Virus record (IMG/VR): IMGVR_UViG_3300044680_000280
Coordinates: 248,001-312,000 of that record
Length of the DNA stretch: 64,000 nucleotides
Strand: one strand, 5' to 3'
Shown: piece by piece, positions 37,569-47,127 of the stretch
Layout: the number at the start of each line of letters is the position of its first letter
How positions within the stretch are numbered: position 1 is the stretch's first letter
Program-made: the position numbers and the translations under genes
Notes under the pieces: model-generated
Databases searched by the model: none
Seen by the model: only the letters and a program-made list of their open reading frames with translations
Told to the model about the DNA's origin: nothing

Positions 37569-38045
37569 TTAGTTCGCGTGACGTATTCTGACCGCACCGT
37601 TCATTCCACCACATTCGGAGAACATGTCCGGTGGCCAGCGCCGCACCGCCTCTTCGACGGCATCCCTCCACGTGCCCGTGTTGATCCCCGCGTACTCTTC
37701 AGCGGTCGTGGATTCTCCGTTGAATCCACTGACAAAGAAAAGCCACGGACCGGCGGCTTCGTCGGAATGCTTTGCCAAAAGGGCGTCCTTAACTTGCTGT
37801 TTGGTTTCCGCCAAACGACGAGGAGCCTCCTCCTCTTCCCTCTTTTTGCGAGCCCTCTCAGTTTGAGCTTGTTTTTCCCGGTGGAGCCGATCTTCGCGCA
37901 ACGTGTTGCGGAACTCCGCCATTCTCCGGGTCAGAACCTCGAGACGACGTCTCACGGGCCCATCTACAGCAGGCACCGTCTCATCCAAGAACTGCACCAG
38001 GACGTCGTAATCCTCCTCATTCAACTGCTGAAGCTTCTTCGCCAT
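37569..38045 (-). CDS. coiled-coil hypothetical protein
   Basis: Long ORF; GAGTGAG upstream. Confidence 0.65.
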   Translation of the reverse strand: MAKKLQQLNEEDYDVLVQFLDETVPAVDGPVRRRLEVLTRRMAEFRNTLREDRLHREKQAQTERARKKREEEEAPRRLAETKQQVKDALLAKHSDEAAGPWLFFVSGFNGESTTAEEYAGINTGTWRDAVEEAVRRWPPDMFSECGGMNGAVRIRHAN

Positions 38046-38051
38046 GATCTC

Positions 38052-38522
38052 TCACTCCTCGGGTCTTTTGGCTCGCTTCCCTTCCAACCATTTCAGTAGG
38101 TCAACCCGTCCTGAGTAGAGCACGGGAATTGTCTGCGCTTCCGCGAGATCCGCCGCGCACAGCCGGTGGTGCCCGTCAACGAGAACGAGAATGGGGTAAA
38201 CATGACCGTTCGCGCATTTGTTGTCGAGCACAATCGGATCGAGAGCCTCCCCCGATCGCAACATCTCGTAGAAGTACCGAATCCGACCCCAATGCCACGC
38301 GTACTGGTGACGCTCTCGCATAAGACGAGATTGCCATGGGTGGGGGTACGAGCGGTCGGCCTCCTCAACGTACTCCTCCTCGGGGGGATACCGCAGGACA
38401 AACTCAAGACGTCGCTCGCGATCGGCGTTCCCGCTGTCGTCACGGGAACCACCGAAGAGAGATACAAAAGGATCGTATACTTCGCGTACTCGACTGACGA
38501 GTACAATGTTTTCCGTCAGCAT
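38052..38522 (-). CDS. ParB/Srx-like domain protein
   Basis: LDPIVL...LVDGHHRLCAA...IPV. Confidence 0.65.
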   Translation of the reverse strand: MLTENIVLVSRVREVYDPFVSLFGGSRDDSGNADRERRLEFVLRYPPEEEYVEEADRSYPHPWQSRLMRERHQYAWHWGRIRYFYEMLRSGEALDPIVLDNKCANGHVYPILVLVDGHHRLCAADLAEAQTIPVLYSGRVDLLKWLEGKRAKRPEE

Positions 38523-38821
38523 CAATGATCCCCCGCGGGACCGGCACGGTACCCGGCCGATCTGATCCAAAAATGTCTGACCCCCTGATCGATGGTCGCA
38601 CTCGTCGCAGTGAAGTACTCGACCGCATACTTCAACACATCCGGCTCGAAGTCGCAGGAGTCGGGGTTGATGCAAGCGTTGATCGGCCCCTTTGGGTCCT
38701 CTCGGTTTTCAACGAGACTGAACGCCGACCGAAGGATCGTGTTCTCGACGAGCATCCTCGTTGCAAACGTAGGGGCGGCGTCCGTAACCATCTTCAAAAC
38801 CGCGAGACTGATTCGTTCCAT
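38522..38821 (-). CDS. hypothetical protein
   Basis: Class-2 promoter 6 nt before ATG. Confidence 0.65.
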   Translation of the reverse strand: MERISLAVLKMVTDAAPTFATRMLVENTILRSAFSLVENREDPKGPINACINPDSCDFEPDVLKYAVEYFTATSATIDQGVRHFWIRSAGYRAGPAGDH

Positions 38822-38827
38822 GTCAGC

Positions 38828-38855
38828 AGTACAACGCGATCCGCGCCGAGTTCAA
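38828..38855 (-). promoter_or_regulatory. class-2 promoter TTGAAC-N16-TGTACT
   Basis: 6 nt before ATG 38821. Confidence 0.75.
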
Positions 38856-38899
38856 CCGAAATCGACAGCTCTACCGAACGGTGTCACCGCCCAATTCTC

Positions 38900-39304
38900 T
38901 CACATTTGAATGTCAAGCACTTGGGCAACGAGCCTGAGCTGAGCATCCTCATCCAAGGCACGAAAGTCTCGGAGAGTCTCCTCGAGCTCGGGCGGAACGC
39001 GGGGCACGTCGTCCATTGCCAGACACTTTTGTACATGAAAGACAAGGTCCTCCCCAAACCAATCGATTGCGGCCCCATCCCGCCATTTGATCAAGGCCTC
39101 GAGCTTCTGGGACGCCCGTTCTTCTGGGACGCCGCCCTCGATGAAGTCTACGACAGCCGCAGAGCAAGTTACGCACATGTTGAAGCACTCCCCTTTTTGA
39201 AGGAGGCTTCCTCCAATCTCTTCCTTCGAGATCCTCTTTCGGCACCTGGCACAAAACTCTTCCATGGTACCTCTACTCGTACGCCCGTTTGGGTTGAAAT
39301 GCAC
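38900..39304 (-). CDS. hypothetical protein with CxxC-CxxC
   Basis: CARC...CVTC. Confidence 0.6.
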   Translation of the reverse strand: MHFNPNGRTSRGTMEEFCARCRKRISKEEIGGSLLQKGECFNMCVTCSAAVVDFIEGGVPEERASQKLEALIKWRDGAAIDWFGEDLVFHVQKCLAMDDVPRVPPELEETLRDFRALDEDAQLRLVAQVLDIQM

Positions 39305-39442
39305 GAACTAAATGGGCCGCGGTCAACCCGTGGTGCCGTACCCGTCCCCGGCCGGACGGGCTGCAAAGCCAGAGGTCAAAAAAGACACGGTTCGTTACAA
39401 AATAGTTTCTGAAACCAAAAACCTCCGGTGTATTGACTAGCT

Positions 39443-39760
39443 ATGGACACCCTTTCAACCCAAATCAAAAACCTCGCCGCTCAATTCGCCGACGACGTCG
39501 TCACGGCCTTCCTGTCCTCGTCTCCGAACGAGATTCAGAGCCTGACGAGCCGCCCCCGAACCACCACCACCGCCGCTCGCGCCCCGCGGACCACGAATCC
39601 GGCAACGCGCTCTGGACGCCTCCCCAAAATCCAGAGTCGATTGTATCAGGTCGGAGACCGCTTCTACCTCGACACGAGCGACGGCCGGACCTACACCAGC
39701 ACCCGAAAGCGAGACCTCATCCGACGCGCCGCCGCGCGCGGTATCGAAGTCAACGTCTGA
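39443..39760 (+). CDS. small basic putative DNA-binding protein
   Basis: Helical N-terminus, Thr/Arg-rich linker, GRLP motif; GGTGTA 10 nt upstream. Confidence 0.6.
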   Translation: MDTLSTQIKNLAAQFADDVVTAFLSSSPNEIQSLTSRPRTTTTAARAPRTTNPATRSGRLPKIQSRLYQVGDRFYLDTSDGRTYTSTRKRDLIRRAAARGIEVNV

Positions 39761-39925
39761 AAGATTTTTGACCTAATTCTCCGGTTCGACCCGCGCGGGT
39801 CACCCGGGAGGGTCAAAGACGGGGAAAGCAGCCCGCACAACGCAGTGAATTAAAAAGTAGCTGCTAGCTTGACGCCTCGGAGAGACGAGGAGGCCTAACC
39901 TCTAATCACCCCACAATGGGGGACA

Positions 39926-40633
39926 ATGCCCGTCGAAACCTACACTGTCTTGTCGACCTTCACGATCTCCCCTCTCCCTGGAGAAACTAGGGAGAGGGTC
40001 TTCACGGAAGGCGGTACCCTATCTTACGATAGGACCATAATCTCGCGGTACACCGAACAACTTGATCAGGCCCTCTATAACGGGTGGATCGTCCGACTCG
40101 TCCCTCTTGAACAGGACGACGGAAATGACGGAGACGATGGGGACGACGGAGACATTCGTCGGTGGAGCTCCGATCCTCAAACCCAAGAAAGAATCGCTAT
40201 ACGAGATTGGAATCGTCGCCGCGACCGTACGACAATTCTAGGTCCGGATGAGCCTCGATCTCCCTACATCAGTGCGATTGATTATTCGTACTCTTCGACG
40301 AGTAACGAGATTCTAGTACCGCTCCCAGAAACCCACAGCCTCGTGATGGATGGCGATCACCTCGTCGGACGGGCTCAGCAAGAATCCGATGAAAGCGAAA
40401 GCGACGATAGTTCGATTCCCATCGAATCCCCTCCTATCGAAGTTGCCGTGGTTCACATTTCCAAGAAGTACTTGGAACGTTGGGAAGGACTGCACGGGAA
40501 CACCCTTCGGGCCGAGCTCACCGCCGCGGTCACCAAATTCATGACTTTGGAAACGGACGACGAAGCGGAAACCCTTCCGAAAGAGCCAAAAAAGTCTCAC
40601 TGGGAACATGTGCTGGAAGAGGTAGCGGAATGA
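39926..40633 (+). CDS. acidic hypothetical protein with C-terminal WEHVL tag
   Basis: Ends PKKSHWEHVLEEVAE. Confidence 0.7.
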   Translation: MPVETYTVLSTFTISPLPGETRERVFTEGGTLSYDRTIISRYTEQLDQALYNGWIVRLVPLEQDDGNDGDDGDDGDIRRWSSDPQTQERIAIRDWNRRRDRTTILGPDEPRSPYISAIDYSYSSTSNEILVPLPETHSLVMDGDHLVGRAQQESDESESDDSSIPIESPPIEVAVVHISKKYLERWEGLHGNTLRAELTAAVTKFMTLETDDEAETLPKEPKKSHWEHVLEEVAE

Positions 40634-40827
40634 CACCGATCGATACGGACGGGGAACTCGGGCAAGCCATGATGGCCGCCATTCGGGAAGCCCGAACCCT
40701 GTGCGAAAGAACTGGGAATACCCCGGAGAACGAAGCCCTGCGGAAGGCTATTGATGATATGGATCAGATCGTCATCCGAGGCATTCGCAAAGATCTCGAG
40801 GCACTGGCAAGAAGCCCCGTCAACTAG
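40630..40827 (+). CDS. small helical protein
   Basis: ATGA overlap. Confidence 0.55.
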   Translation: MTPIDTDGELGQAMMAAIREARTLCERTGNTPENEALRKAIDDMDQIVIRGIRKDLEALARSPVN

Positions 40828-41483
40828 ACGCCACTCACGAGCGTCTTCTTGTCCCTTCGGTACGACTTCCGCGTAAGGTCTAGCCACGGGTCCATATGCT
40901 CGAACTTCTTGAAATCGCAGATCGTGATGAGCAGATAATCTCGCCACGAGCGTGTCCCGTTGTCGATGGCGTCCCAGACCTTGCCCCGAGCTTCCCACCG
41001 CCGATAGTCCGCCTTCGTTCGAATGTAGCTCGGCGGATCCACATTGTTCCAGTAGCAGAAATCCTCAAGCCTCGGATCCCTCTTCATGAACTTGACCGTG
41101 TTCCTTACGAATCCGTTCGCGTAGGGGATGACGTAAAGGTTGCCCCTGTACTCTCGAATCGTCACATCCACCGTGAGATCCATCGGATTATCAAACGATG
41201 ATACCGACGCCTCTTTGAAAGCCTTCCGTATCCTCACTTGAGCCATAGAAAGCCGAATGCGGTAATCGTTCCTCTTCTCGACGGGGTAGTAGCCCGCATT
41301 CTCCTTGTACTCGTCGGACTCGGGGTCGATGCTCTTCACGATGTTCGAGTAGCAGTCACGAAGAACCTTGATGACCTCTTTTTCGCCCCGCTCGTTCGTG
41401 TCCCGAACCCACTGCCAGAACTTGGCGGGACTCTTCGCAACCGACGGTTTCAGACGGTAAGCGGTCCAGACCTTCGTGCTCAT
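40824..41483 (-). CDS. hypothetical protein
   Basis: GGTGTA 10 nt before ATG. Confidence 0.75.
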   Translation of the reverse strand: MSTKVWTAYRLKPSVAKSPAKFWQWVRDTNERGEKEVIKVLRDCYSNIVKSIDPESDEYKENAGYYPVEKRNDYRIRLSMAQVRIRKAFKEASVSSFDNPMDLTVDVTIREYRGNLYVIPYANGFVRNTVKFMKRDPRLEDFCYWNNVDPPSYIRTKADYRRWEARGKVWDAIDNGTRSWRDYLLITICDFKKFEHMDPWLDLTRKSYRRDKKTLVSGV

Positions 41484-41511
41484 GCCCTAGAGATACACCG
41501 AAACGAGACTA

Positions 41512-41736
41512 CTACTCGTCGGTTTCCGTCTTGATGATGTTCTTGTCGTGCCGTCGACGAGCCGCGCTGGTCGCCTTCTTGGCCCCGCGTCTGGCCCTCG
41601 CCGCCCCGTGGATACCCCGGCAATGATCGTGCCCTTTAACGGACTCGGAGGACAGGAGACCGTTCGCCATGGTTGCGTCGTTGTGCTCGACCCGCTTCAT
41701 AGGTTGAGCCGCTCCGCTTATCGTTTTGGAACCCAT
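41512..41736 (-). CDS. small basic hypothetical protein
   Basis: Arg/Lys/Ala-rich C-terminal half; start uncertain. Confidence 0.4.
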   Translation of the reverse strand: MGSKTISGAAQPMKRVEHNDATMANGLLSSESVKGHDHCRGIHGAARARRGAKKATSAARRRHDKNIIKTETDE

Positions 41737-41756
41737 GGCGAACAGCTTACCTCCGG

Positions 41757-43070
41757 CTATGAGATCCGTCGAATCTGATCTCGAAATGGGCTCCCGTCTG
41801 GAAAAATATTGATGACCGTGGACAGCTTCGACAGAAGAATCAAAGCTCTCTTCCTGTTGTAAATGACTTGCTGGCCGATAGGTCCTCGCAGGGGGAGTCG
41901 AACCACGAACTTATCGGTGAGAGTTGGAAACACATGAAGGAACACCGTTCCTCTGTGCTCGATTCCAGAATAAATGTACTCCAGCTCTTCTGCATGACTC
42001 TGATTCACTGCTAGTCGAACATCGTTGTCCTTGCCAAACAACTTGGGCAGCTCTGAAAGATTATAGGTGCGTGGTGGGGGTCGGTCAAACGTCCCACTCT
42101 CTTCCTTGGGTTGGACAGAGAGCATAGCCGCCACAACGCTCAAAACCTCCTCGTTGGATGCGTACTCAATGAAAGGCACAATCGCTCTTGAAGGGCGTAC
42201 GACGGATAGTATGTGGAGGTCATTGACCTTAAATGATCCTAACTCGGTGGTGGTGACAAATAACGCCTCATCCCCAGGAGACTTGTCAAAGGCAACGCCT
42301 TGTTCACCGCTCGAGTTGATGGGAAACGTCGGTTGGATATGCAGCTCTCCCTTGGGAACTTCCTCACCGAGAACCGTTTTCTTCATGATGACGGACAGGG
42401 GATCCAGCATTCGAATGACGGCGCCTTTACCATCCGTTTTCTTGTCTTCGAGTTCAAAATTGTCGCCGTAACTCGGAGCCACGTTTCCGAAAGTGAGGTA
42501 CCCGCAATTCCGTACGTGGGACAAAAGCTCCTCGGAAAGTAACTCGAGCTCTTCAGTCCGTTTATCGGGATAAATCCTCTTCAAGAGAGGAACGATGGTA
42601 GAGAATCGTTTGGTCTCATTGGACAACCAATTCGACTCAAAACGAAGCTTCTCGTGTCGAATCAATACGGGCTGTGGTGAGGAGCTGTCACACGGAAACG
42701 CAAAGATAAGAGAGATGGGACACTCTGCGTCCTCGGTGACCCCAACCTCACGCTTCTTATTGGTAGAATAAGCCAAGGTCAACGGAAGCACACGACGGGG
42801 CGGCTCAAGCATATTCCAGCAGTCAGGACCCCTTGACCGTAAATAAATAGATTCAGCTACGCAAAGAGCTCTACGATCCTCGGGGGATAGGATCACGTGC
42901 AGAGGACTCGGACCCTCTTCCGGAAACAGGACGGACATGATTTCTTGCCGTTCGAACTTCGGCGGAGCCACGACCTCCTGGGTCTCCCCTCGAACATGCC
43001 TCGATGCCGTTTGCCAGCTCTCCCCGGTCTTTTCTTGACGTGCCTCTATCTTCTTTTTGAGATTGCTCAT
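41757..43070 (-). CDS. hypothetical protein, AT-richer, with KKKIEARQEKTGESWQTASRHV N-terminal module
   Basis: GGGAG upstream of ATG 43070; 437-aa ORF. Confidence 0.7.
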   Translation of the reverse strand: MSNLKKKIEARQEKTGESWQTASRHVRGETQEVVAPPKFERQEIMSVLFPEEGPSPLHVILSPEDRRALCVAESIYLRSRGPDCWNMLEPPRRVLPLTLAYSTNKKREVGVTEDAECPISLIFAFPCDSSSPQPVLIRHEKLRFESNWLSNETKRFSTIVPLLKRIYPDKRTEELELLSEELLSHVRNCGYLTFGNVAPSYGDNFELEDKKTDGKGAVIRMLDPLSVIMKKTVLGEEVPKGELHIQPTFPINSSGEQGVAFDKSPGDEALFVTTTELGSFKVNDLHILSVVRPSRAIVPFIEYASNEEVLSVVAAMLSVQPKEESGTFDRPPPRTYNLSELPKLFGKDNDVRLAVNQSHAEELEYIYSGIEHRGTVFLHVFPTLTDKFVVRLPLRGPIGQQVIYNRKRALILLSKLSTVINIFPDGSPFRDQIRRIS

Positions 43071-43416
43071 TGTTCGTCTCCCTTGGAAACGTCGCCCTCG
43101 CCACCCCGAAACGACGTCGCCAAAAAGGGAAACCAACCGAATCGCTCCGAGGCATCCCCCTTCGCCCCGCAGTAACGCTCGCGGGTGGGCGAACGAACGC
43201 AGGGTAAGGTCCGAGCATGGACCTACCTTACTCTATTACACCGGGGACAAGAAGAACGCAAGGATCCTTTTGTGCCACGGATTACTTGCTGAGGGACCCC
43301 TGATGGTTCATACCGTGTCGAGCTGGGAATAGCTCGGCTTGCCGTCCCCGTAAGGGGACTAGATCCTTCGAGCCTCAATTTCTTCCGTAAGCGTAAGGGG
43401 TCAGCGCTACGGAAAA

Positions 43417-44151
43417 CTACTTGATGAGCTTCAAAAGTCGTTCCTTCTCCGCGTTCAACTCCTCAGACTTCTCTGGGGTTAGGTAATCGACCTGGCGGAG
43501 TTGGTACTCAACGTCTCGGAGTCTCTCCTTCGCTCGGTACACTTTTTCTGCTCGCGCTGATCGAGGCTTTAGGAGATACTGCACGTGCTTGTCGGGCATG
43601 TGGATAACCCGTTTGCCTACGATCGTTCCTTGATCAGTTTCCGTACCGATGCTCTCTGAGTGGAGCGTAAAGGTCGGTGCACGATCCGAATCAAAGTCGT
43701 GTCCGTAAATTTTCGCCCTCTCGCTCAGGATGATGCATCCAGGCTTCCAAGGGACCTCCGCCTGGTCCCTTGGAATTCTTTCTGGCTTACCGAGTTGCGT
43801 GCCCTTAAAGTACTGTACGATCCACGTGATCGCATCGAGCTTTTCCCTTTCGAGAGCTTGAAGCTTACTTTTGTGGGAATGCTCCCATTCCTGGTACACA
43901 AGCTTCGCGGAGGGTACTTTGCGATTATTGGGTCCCGAGAATCCGTTGCTCTCCACGTAAAGGCTCGAGGCGAGCCCCGTACCGATGCGTTTTTCGTAGG
44001 GAGCCGTTCCAAGCTCCGAGACTTCTTTACGGAACGCCTCCCAATACGGGCCGAGTTCGCCTTGGAGCCTATCGATCTTGGCCAGAAACTGGTCGTAAAT
44101 TGCCTGCGGGGTCAGAACCTCTGTCGCACGGCGATCGTAGCTGTAGCTCAT
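43417..44151 (-). CDS. hypothetical protein (MSYSYDRRA N-terminus)
   Basis: Long ORF followed by hairpin 43383-43414. Confidence 0.7.
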   Translation of the reverse strand: MSYSYDRRATEVLTPQAIYDQFLAKIDRLQGELGPYWEAFRKEVSELGTAPYEKRIGTGLASSLYVESNGFSGPNNRKVPSAKLVYQEWEHSHKSKLQALEREKLDAITWIVQYFKGTQLGKPERIPRDQAEVPWKPGCIILSERAKIYGHDFDSDRAPTFTLHSESIGTETDQGTIVGKRVIHMPDKHVQYLLKPRSARAEKVYRAKERLRDVEYQLRQVDYLTPEKSEELNAEKERLLKLIK

Positions 44152-44210
44152 GTCCAAGTTTACCACCTGAAACCTCAGGTGCCATCAATTTCGAACGCCG
44201 CTACGGAAAG

Positions 44211-44510
44211 TCAATCCTCTTCCAGTAGGTGTTCCCAGACGGACTTCTTCGGCGGTCGTACATCCGAAGAATCGGATGTTTTTAACGCGGGTTGGAGCCA
44301 CCCCGTTTTGTGGGTTCTCTGTAATACGGGAGCGATTCGATACATGAGAGGCGTGGTGAAGGAGATCGGTCGACGAGTGCCCTCTTCTAGAAATCGAGGC
44401 TCGGAGAAGAGTGGAATGAACACCGGCTCTCCCGATTGAATGGGCGAATTCACGGGGGGATGAATGAAGCTCAACATCCCGTCAGACCTGAAATCTGAAT
44501 CCGTCGGCAT
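44211..44510 (-). CDS. hypothetical protein with C-terminal WEHLL tag
   Basis: Ends PKKSVWEHLLEED. Confidence 0.7.
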   Translation of the reverse strand: MPTDSDFRSDGMLSFIHPPVNSPIQSGEPVFIPLFSEPRFLEEGTRRPISFTTPLMYRIAPVLQRTHKTGWLQPALKTSDSSDVRPPKKSVWEHLLEED

Positions 44511-44514
44511 TGAC

Positions 44515-44955
44515 CTAACCCTCGTCCTCGAGCATGTGTTCCCACACGGACTTTTTGGGTGACCGCGACTCCACGGGTGGCTGTTCTTTTAGAGAACTAA
44601 GCCACCGTCGGCCACGCTCATACGCTATTTGAGCCGTCGTCGCGGGTCCCTCTGGACCCATCCCATTCAACTGCTCGTCCGATACACGGCGAAGCCAATC
44701 CATAACATCATCGTTCACCCAATTCGGTTGTACCTCACGGGGCTCGAGAGGAAGAGGGGTCGTTAACGCTCTCGTTTGGCTGACCTCCGACGGTCTTTCG
44801 AACATCGAGCTTGAGACGGCCTCATCCGAACGCCTTGTGGCGATCTCCGTCCGTGCGCCCAACTCATCGAGTGATCGAAGAATACGGTCGAGACGCTCGA
44901 TGATCGCTTGATCAAATCGTTCGAAATCAAGCCTATCCGTATCCTCAGACGGCAT
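44515..44955 (-). CDS. hypothetical protein with C-terminal WEHML tag
   Basis: Starts MPSED; ends PKKSVWEHMLEDEG. Confidence 0.7.
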   Translation of the reverse strand: MPSEDTDRLDFERFDQAIIERLDRILRSLDELGARTEIATRRSDEAVSSSMFERPSEVSQTRALTTPLPLEPREVQPNWVNDDVMDWLRRVSDEQLNGMGPEGPATTAQIAYERGRRWLSSLKEQPPVESRSPKKSVWEHMLEDEG

Positions 44956-46150
44956 CGGTGTCGTCCTCGGATAAATGCTCCCACAATGACTTCTTCGGCT
45001 CATTCCTTGGGGAAAGGTTGATCTGATTGAAAGACACAAGCCCCGCCTGAATGTAGGTTAATGCCAATCCCCACATGGTGTGCTCCGTCCCTTTCACTTC
45101 GCTCAAAACCCGAGCCTGCTCCTCCAAAGTCGAGATCATGTCCAGGGGAAGGAAACACGTGAACTCATGCAAGTCCTCGCCCGGCGGCCTCGGTTGAACG
45201 TACCATGCGGAAACGCTGTCAACCTCGTCATCTTGCTCAACCTCGTTTTGGTAATCCTCTTGCTGAGGGGGCGGACCCAAAAGTCTGTACTCGTTAATAT
45301 CAATCTCTCGGGTCGTAATCTCCGCCTCCGAAAACAGGGTCTCCCCATGCTCTTCATCCTCCGGATGACCGATAACCCACTCTTGAATTCGCTGGAGCAC
45401 CCATGGAGTACGATATTCGTCCAAGTCCGAAGACGATAGCACTTGAGACGTTCCCGAAGTGAGCTGCTGATTTATGATGCGGTCTAGATCGACCCGCCAA
45501 CGAGAACGTATGAAATCCGTGAATTCGTGAAAGGTTCCGTTTAGTACTCTACGAAGTCCCTGGGCCTCGGTTTCACCGCCCGAAACCGCCGTCGTCTCTG
45601 TCCTCGTCGTGGCCCTTGTCCTCGCCCGTCTTCCCCGCTCTCGTTCGACTTGATCCATCGTTACCGTACGACCCACGAGCTCGTTTAACTCCTCATTGGG
45701 TACGTGGCGAAGCCACGCGGGCGGCTCTGCGTCCAGGAGCACGAGAAGACTACGGGACTCGTTCAAAAGGGAGATCGTCACGAGTTCCCCGGTCGCCCGA
45801 AGAATCGTCTCCGTCTCGTCCGCCTCCAACAACGGCATCTGATAATGATCGTACATCCAATGTCCGACTTGATTGTCAAGCCAAGCGGTTCGAAACTGAA
45901 TCAATCCGAGACGACTGAACTCGAAAATACCGATCCCGTCGAACCCCCCGATCGTCCTAGTTTCCTCAATTCGCATCAGCACCCGCTGCCACTGGGGTGC
46001 AATAAACCGTTCGAATAAAGACGCCTCCTCCGACGACGTACGATTCGAACGACTCTGCTCCGCGAGTCTCAACTCCTCAATCCGCGCTTCCGCTTCGACA
46101 AGACGAGCAAGACGAGCCGCGAGAGACTCTACCGTGTCCTCTGAAGGCAT
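44945..46150 (-). CDS. multi-module protein with RHH-like domain and WEHLS tag
   Basis: Starts MPSED; FTCFLPLDMISTLEEQA...TMWGLALTYIQAGL; ends PKKSLWEHLSEDDTDAV. Confidence 0.7.
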   Translation of the reverse strand: MPSEDTVESLAARLARLVEAEARIEELRLAEQSRSNRTSSEEASLFERFIAPQWQRVLMRIEETRTIGGFDGIGIFEFSRLGLIQFRTAWLDNQVGHWMYDHYQMPLLEADETETILRATGELVTISLLNESRSLLVLLDAEPPAWLRHVPNEELNELVGRTVTMDQVERERGRRARTRATTRTETTAVSGGETEAQGLRRVLNGTFHEFTDFIRSRWRVDLDRIINQQLTSGTSQVLSSSDLDEYRTPWVLQRIQEWVIGHPEDEEHGETLFSEAEITTREIDINEYRLLGPPPQQEDYQNEVEQDDEVDSVSAWYVQPRPPGEDLHEFTCFLPLDMISTLEEQARVLSEVKGTEHTMWGLALTYIQAGLVSFNQINLSPRNEPKKSLWEHLSEDDTDAV

Positions 46151-46151
46151 G

Positions 46152-46868
46152 TTACTCGGACTCCCCTAGCAAATGATCGAACACCGTCTTCCGCGGTTCA
46201 AGCCCGACATTATTCAGCTTTCCAAGACGACGACAGTCGTTCGACAGACCCTCCTCAATGTACCGCACCATCAGATCCTGCCACATAGTCCCGTCTCGTT
46301 CGTATGCCTCGAAACTCAAATTCTTGATCGCTTCGATCGTCTCACGGGGAATGCGTAACGTCACCGCTAAATCAACTTCGAGACCCCCGATAAGAACGGG
46401 CGAGCGGGTCGTCGGCAAAATGGGGTTCATCACGGACCACGTGGCTCGGGTCGCCACAATAATGATCGCATTCCAAAACCGATCCCGCTCCGAGTCAGGT
46501 AACGACCGACACAATCGCTCGACCTGAAGACGTATCCAGTCATCCCTGTGCGCTTCTAATCCATCCTGATTGAACGGCAAGTTGCCCGGTATGGTTTGAC
46601 TGCGGCTAATGAAATCCAACTCCCGTTGCCACCGCTCCCGCACCTCATCCTCAAAGTTACGGCCCCCATTGTGAAGAATGCGGTTCAACCGAGTTGGCTC
46701 GTTCACACTCAAATCTACGCCGTCAGGACTCAGGTTCCGCGGGCCCGGGTCCCAACCCTGAACGGACCCCGCCCCTCGAACGGCCGCCTCAATGTCTTTG
46801 ATAATGTCCGCCCGCTCCTCCGCCGATAGGTGCGTCGTCAGAGCCGGAAAATCGGACGGCAAAGGCAT
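46152..46868 (-). CDS. RHH-like DNA-binding protein with FDHLL tag
   Basis: VTLRIPRETIEAIKNL...DGTMWQDLMVRYIEEGL; ends PRKTVFDHLLGESE. Confidence 0.7.
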   Translation of the reverse strand: MPLPSDFPALTTHLSAEERADIIKDIEAAVRGAGSVQGWDPGPRNLSPDGVDLSVNEPTRLNRILHNGGRNFEDEVRERWQRELDFISRSQTIPGNLPFNQDGLEAHRDDWIRLQVERLCRSLPDSERDRFWNAIIIVATRATWSVMNPILPTTRSPVLIGGLEVDLAVTLRIPRETIEAIKNLSFEAYERDGTMWQDLMVRYIEEGLSNDCRRLGKLNNVGLEPRKTVFDHLLGESE

Positions 46869-46911
46869 GATCCCTAAGGATACACCGAAACCCCGGCGTT
46901 ACACTGACCCG

Positions 46912-47127
46912 ATGCCCGCCAAAATCATCGTCGGTCCCTGGAAGGGACCCTCGACCGCTCCCAACGATGAAAAAAGTCCGGCCCCCTTCGTTGCCTTGTA
47001 CGTCGCCCTCGCCGCCCCGCTGGGCGTCTTTGCGGTGCTTCTTCTCCTCTACCAGGTCTTTCTCAAAGACGTGCCCTGGAACGACTTTGTCGAAGCGTTG
47101 CCGAAAAACTCATCCGTCTTCCAGTAA
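46912..47127 (+). CDS. small membrane protein
   Basis: Single long hydrophobic segment. Confidence 0.5.
   Translation: MPAKIIVGPWKGPSTAPNDEKSPAPFVALYVALAAPLGVFAVLLLLYQVFLKDVPWNDFVEALPKNSSVFQ

Noticed and set aside
31287-39412. Long plus-strand ORFs 31287-32228 and 38525-39412
   Set aside because: They overlap motif-bearing minus-strand genes with proper promoters and have no recognisable features.
39775-39875. tmRNA or tRNA (GGTTCGAC)
   Set aside because: No acceptor stem, no tag frame ending in ALAA-like residues, no CCA; better explained as a hairpin.
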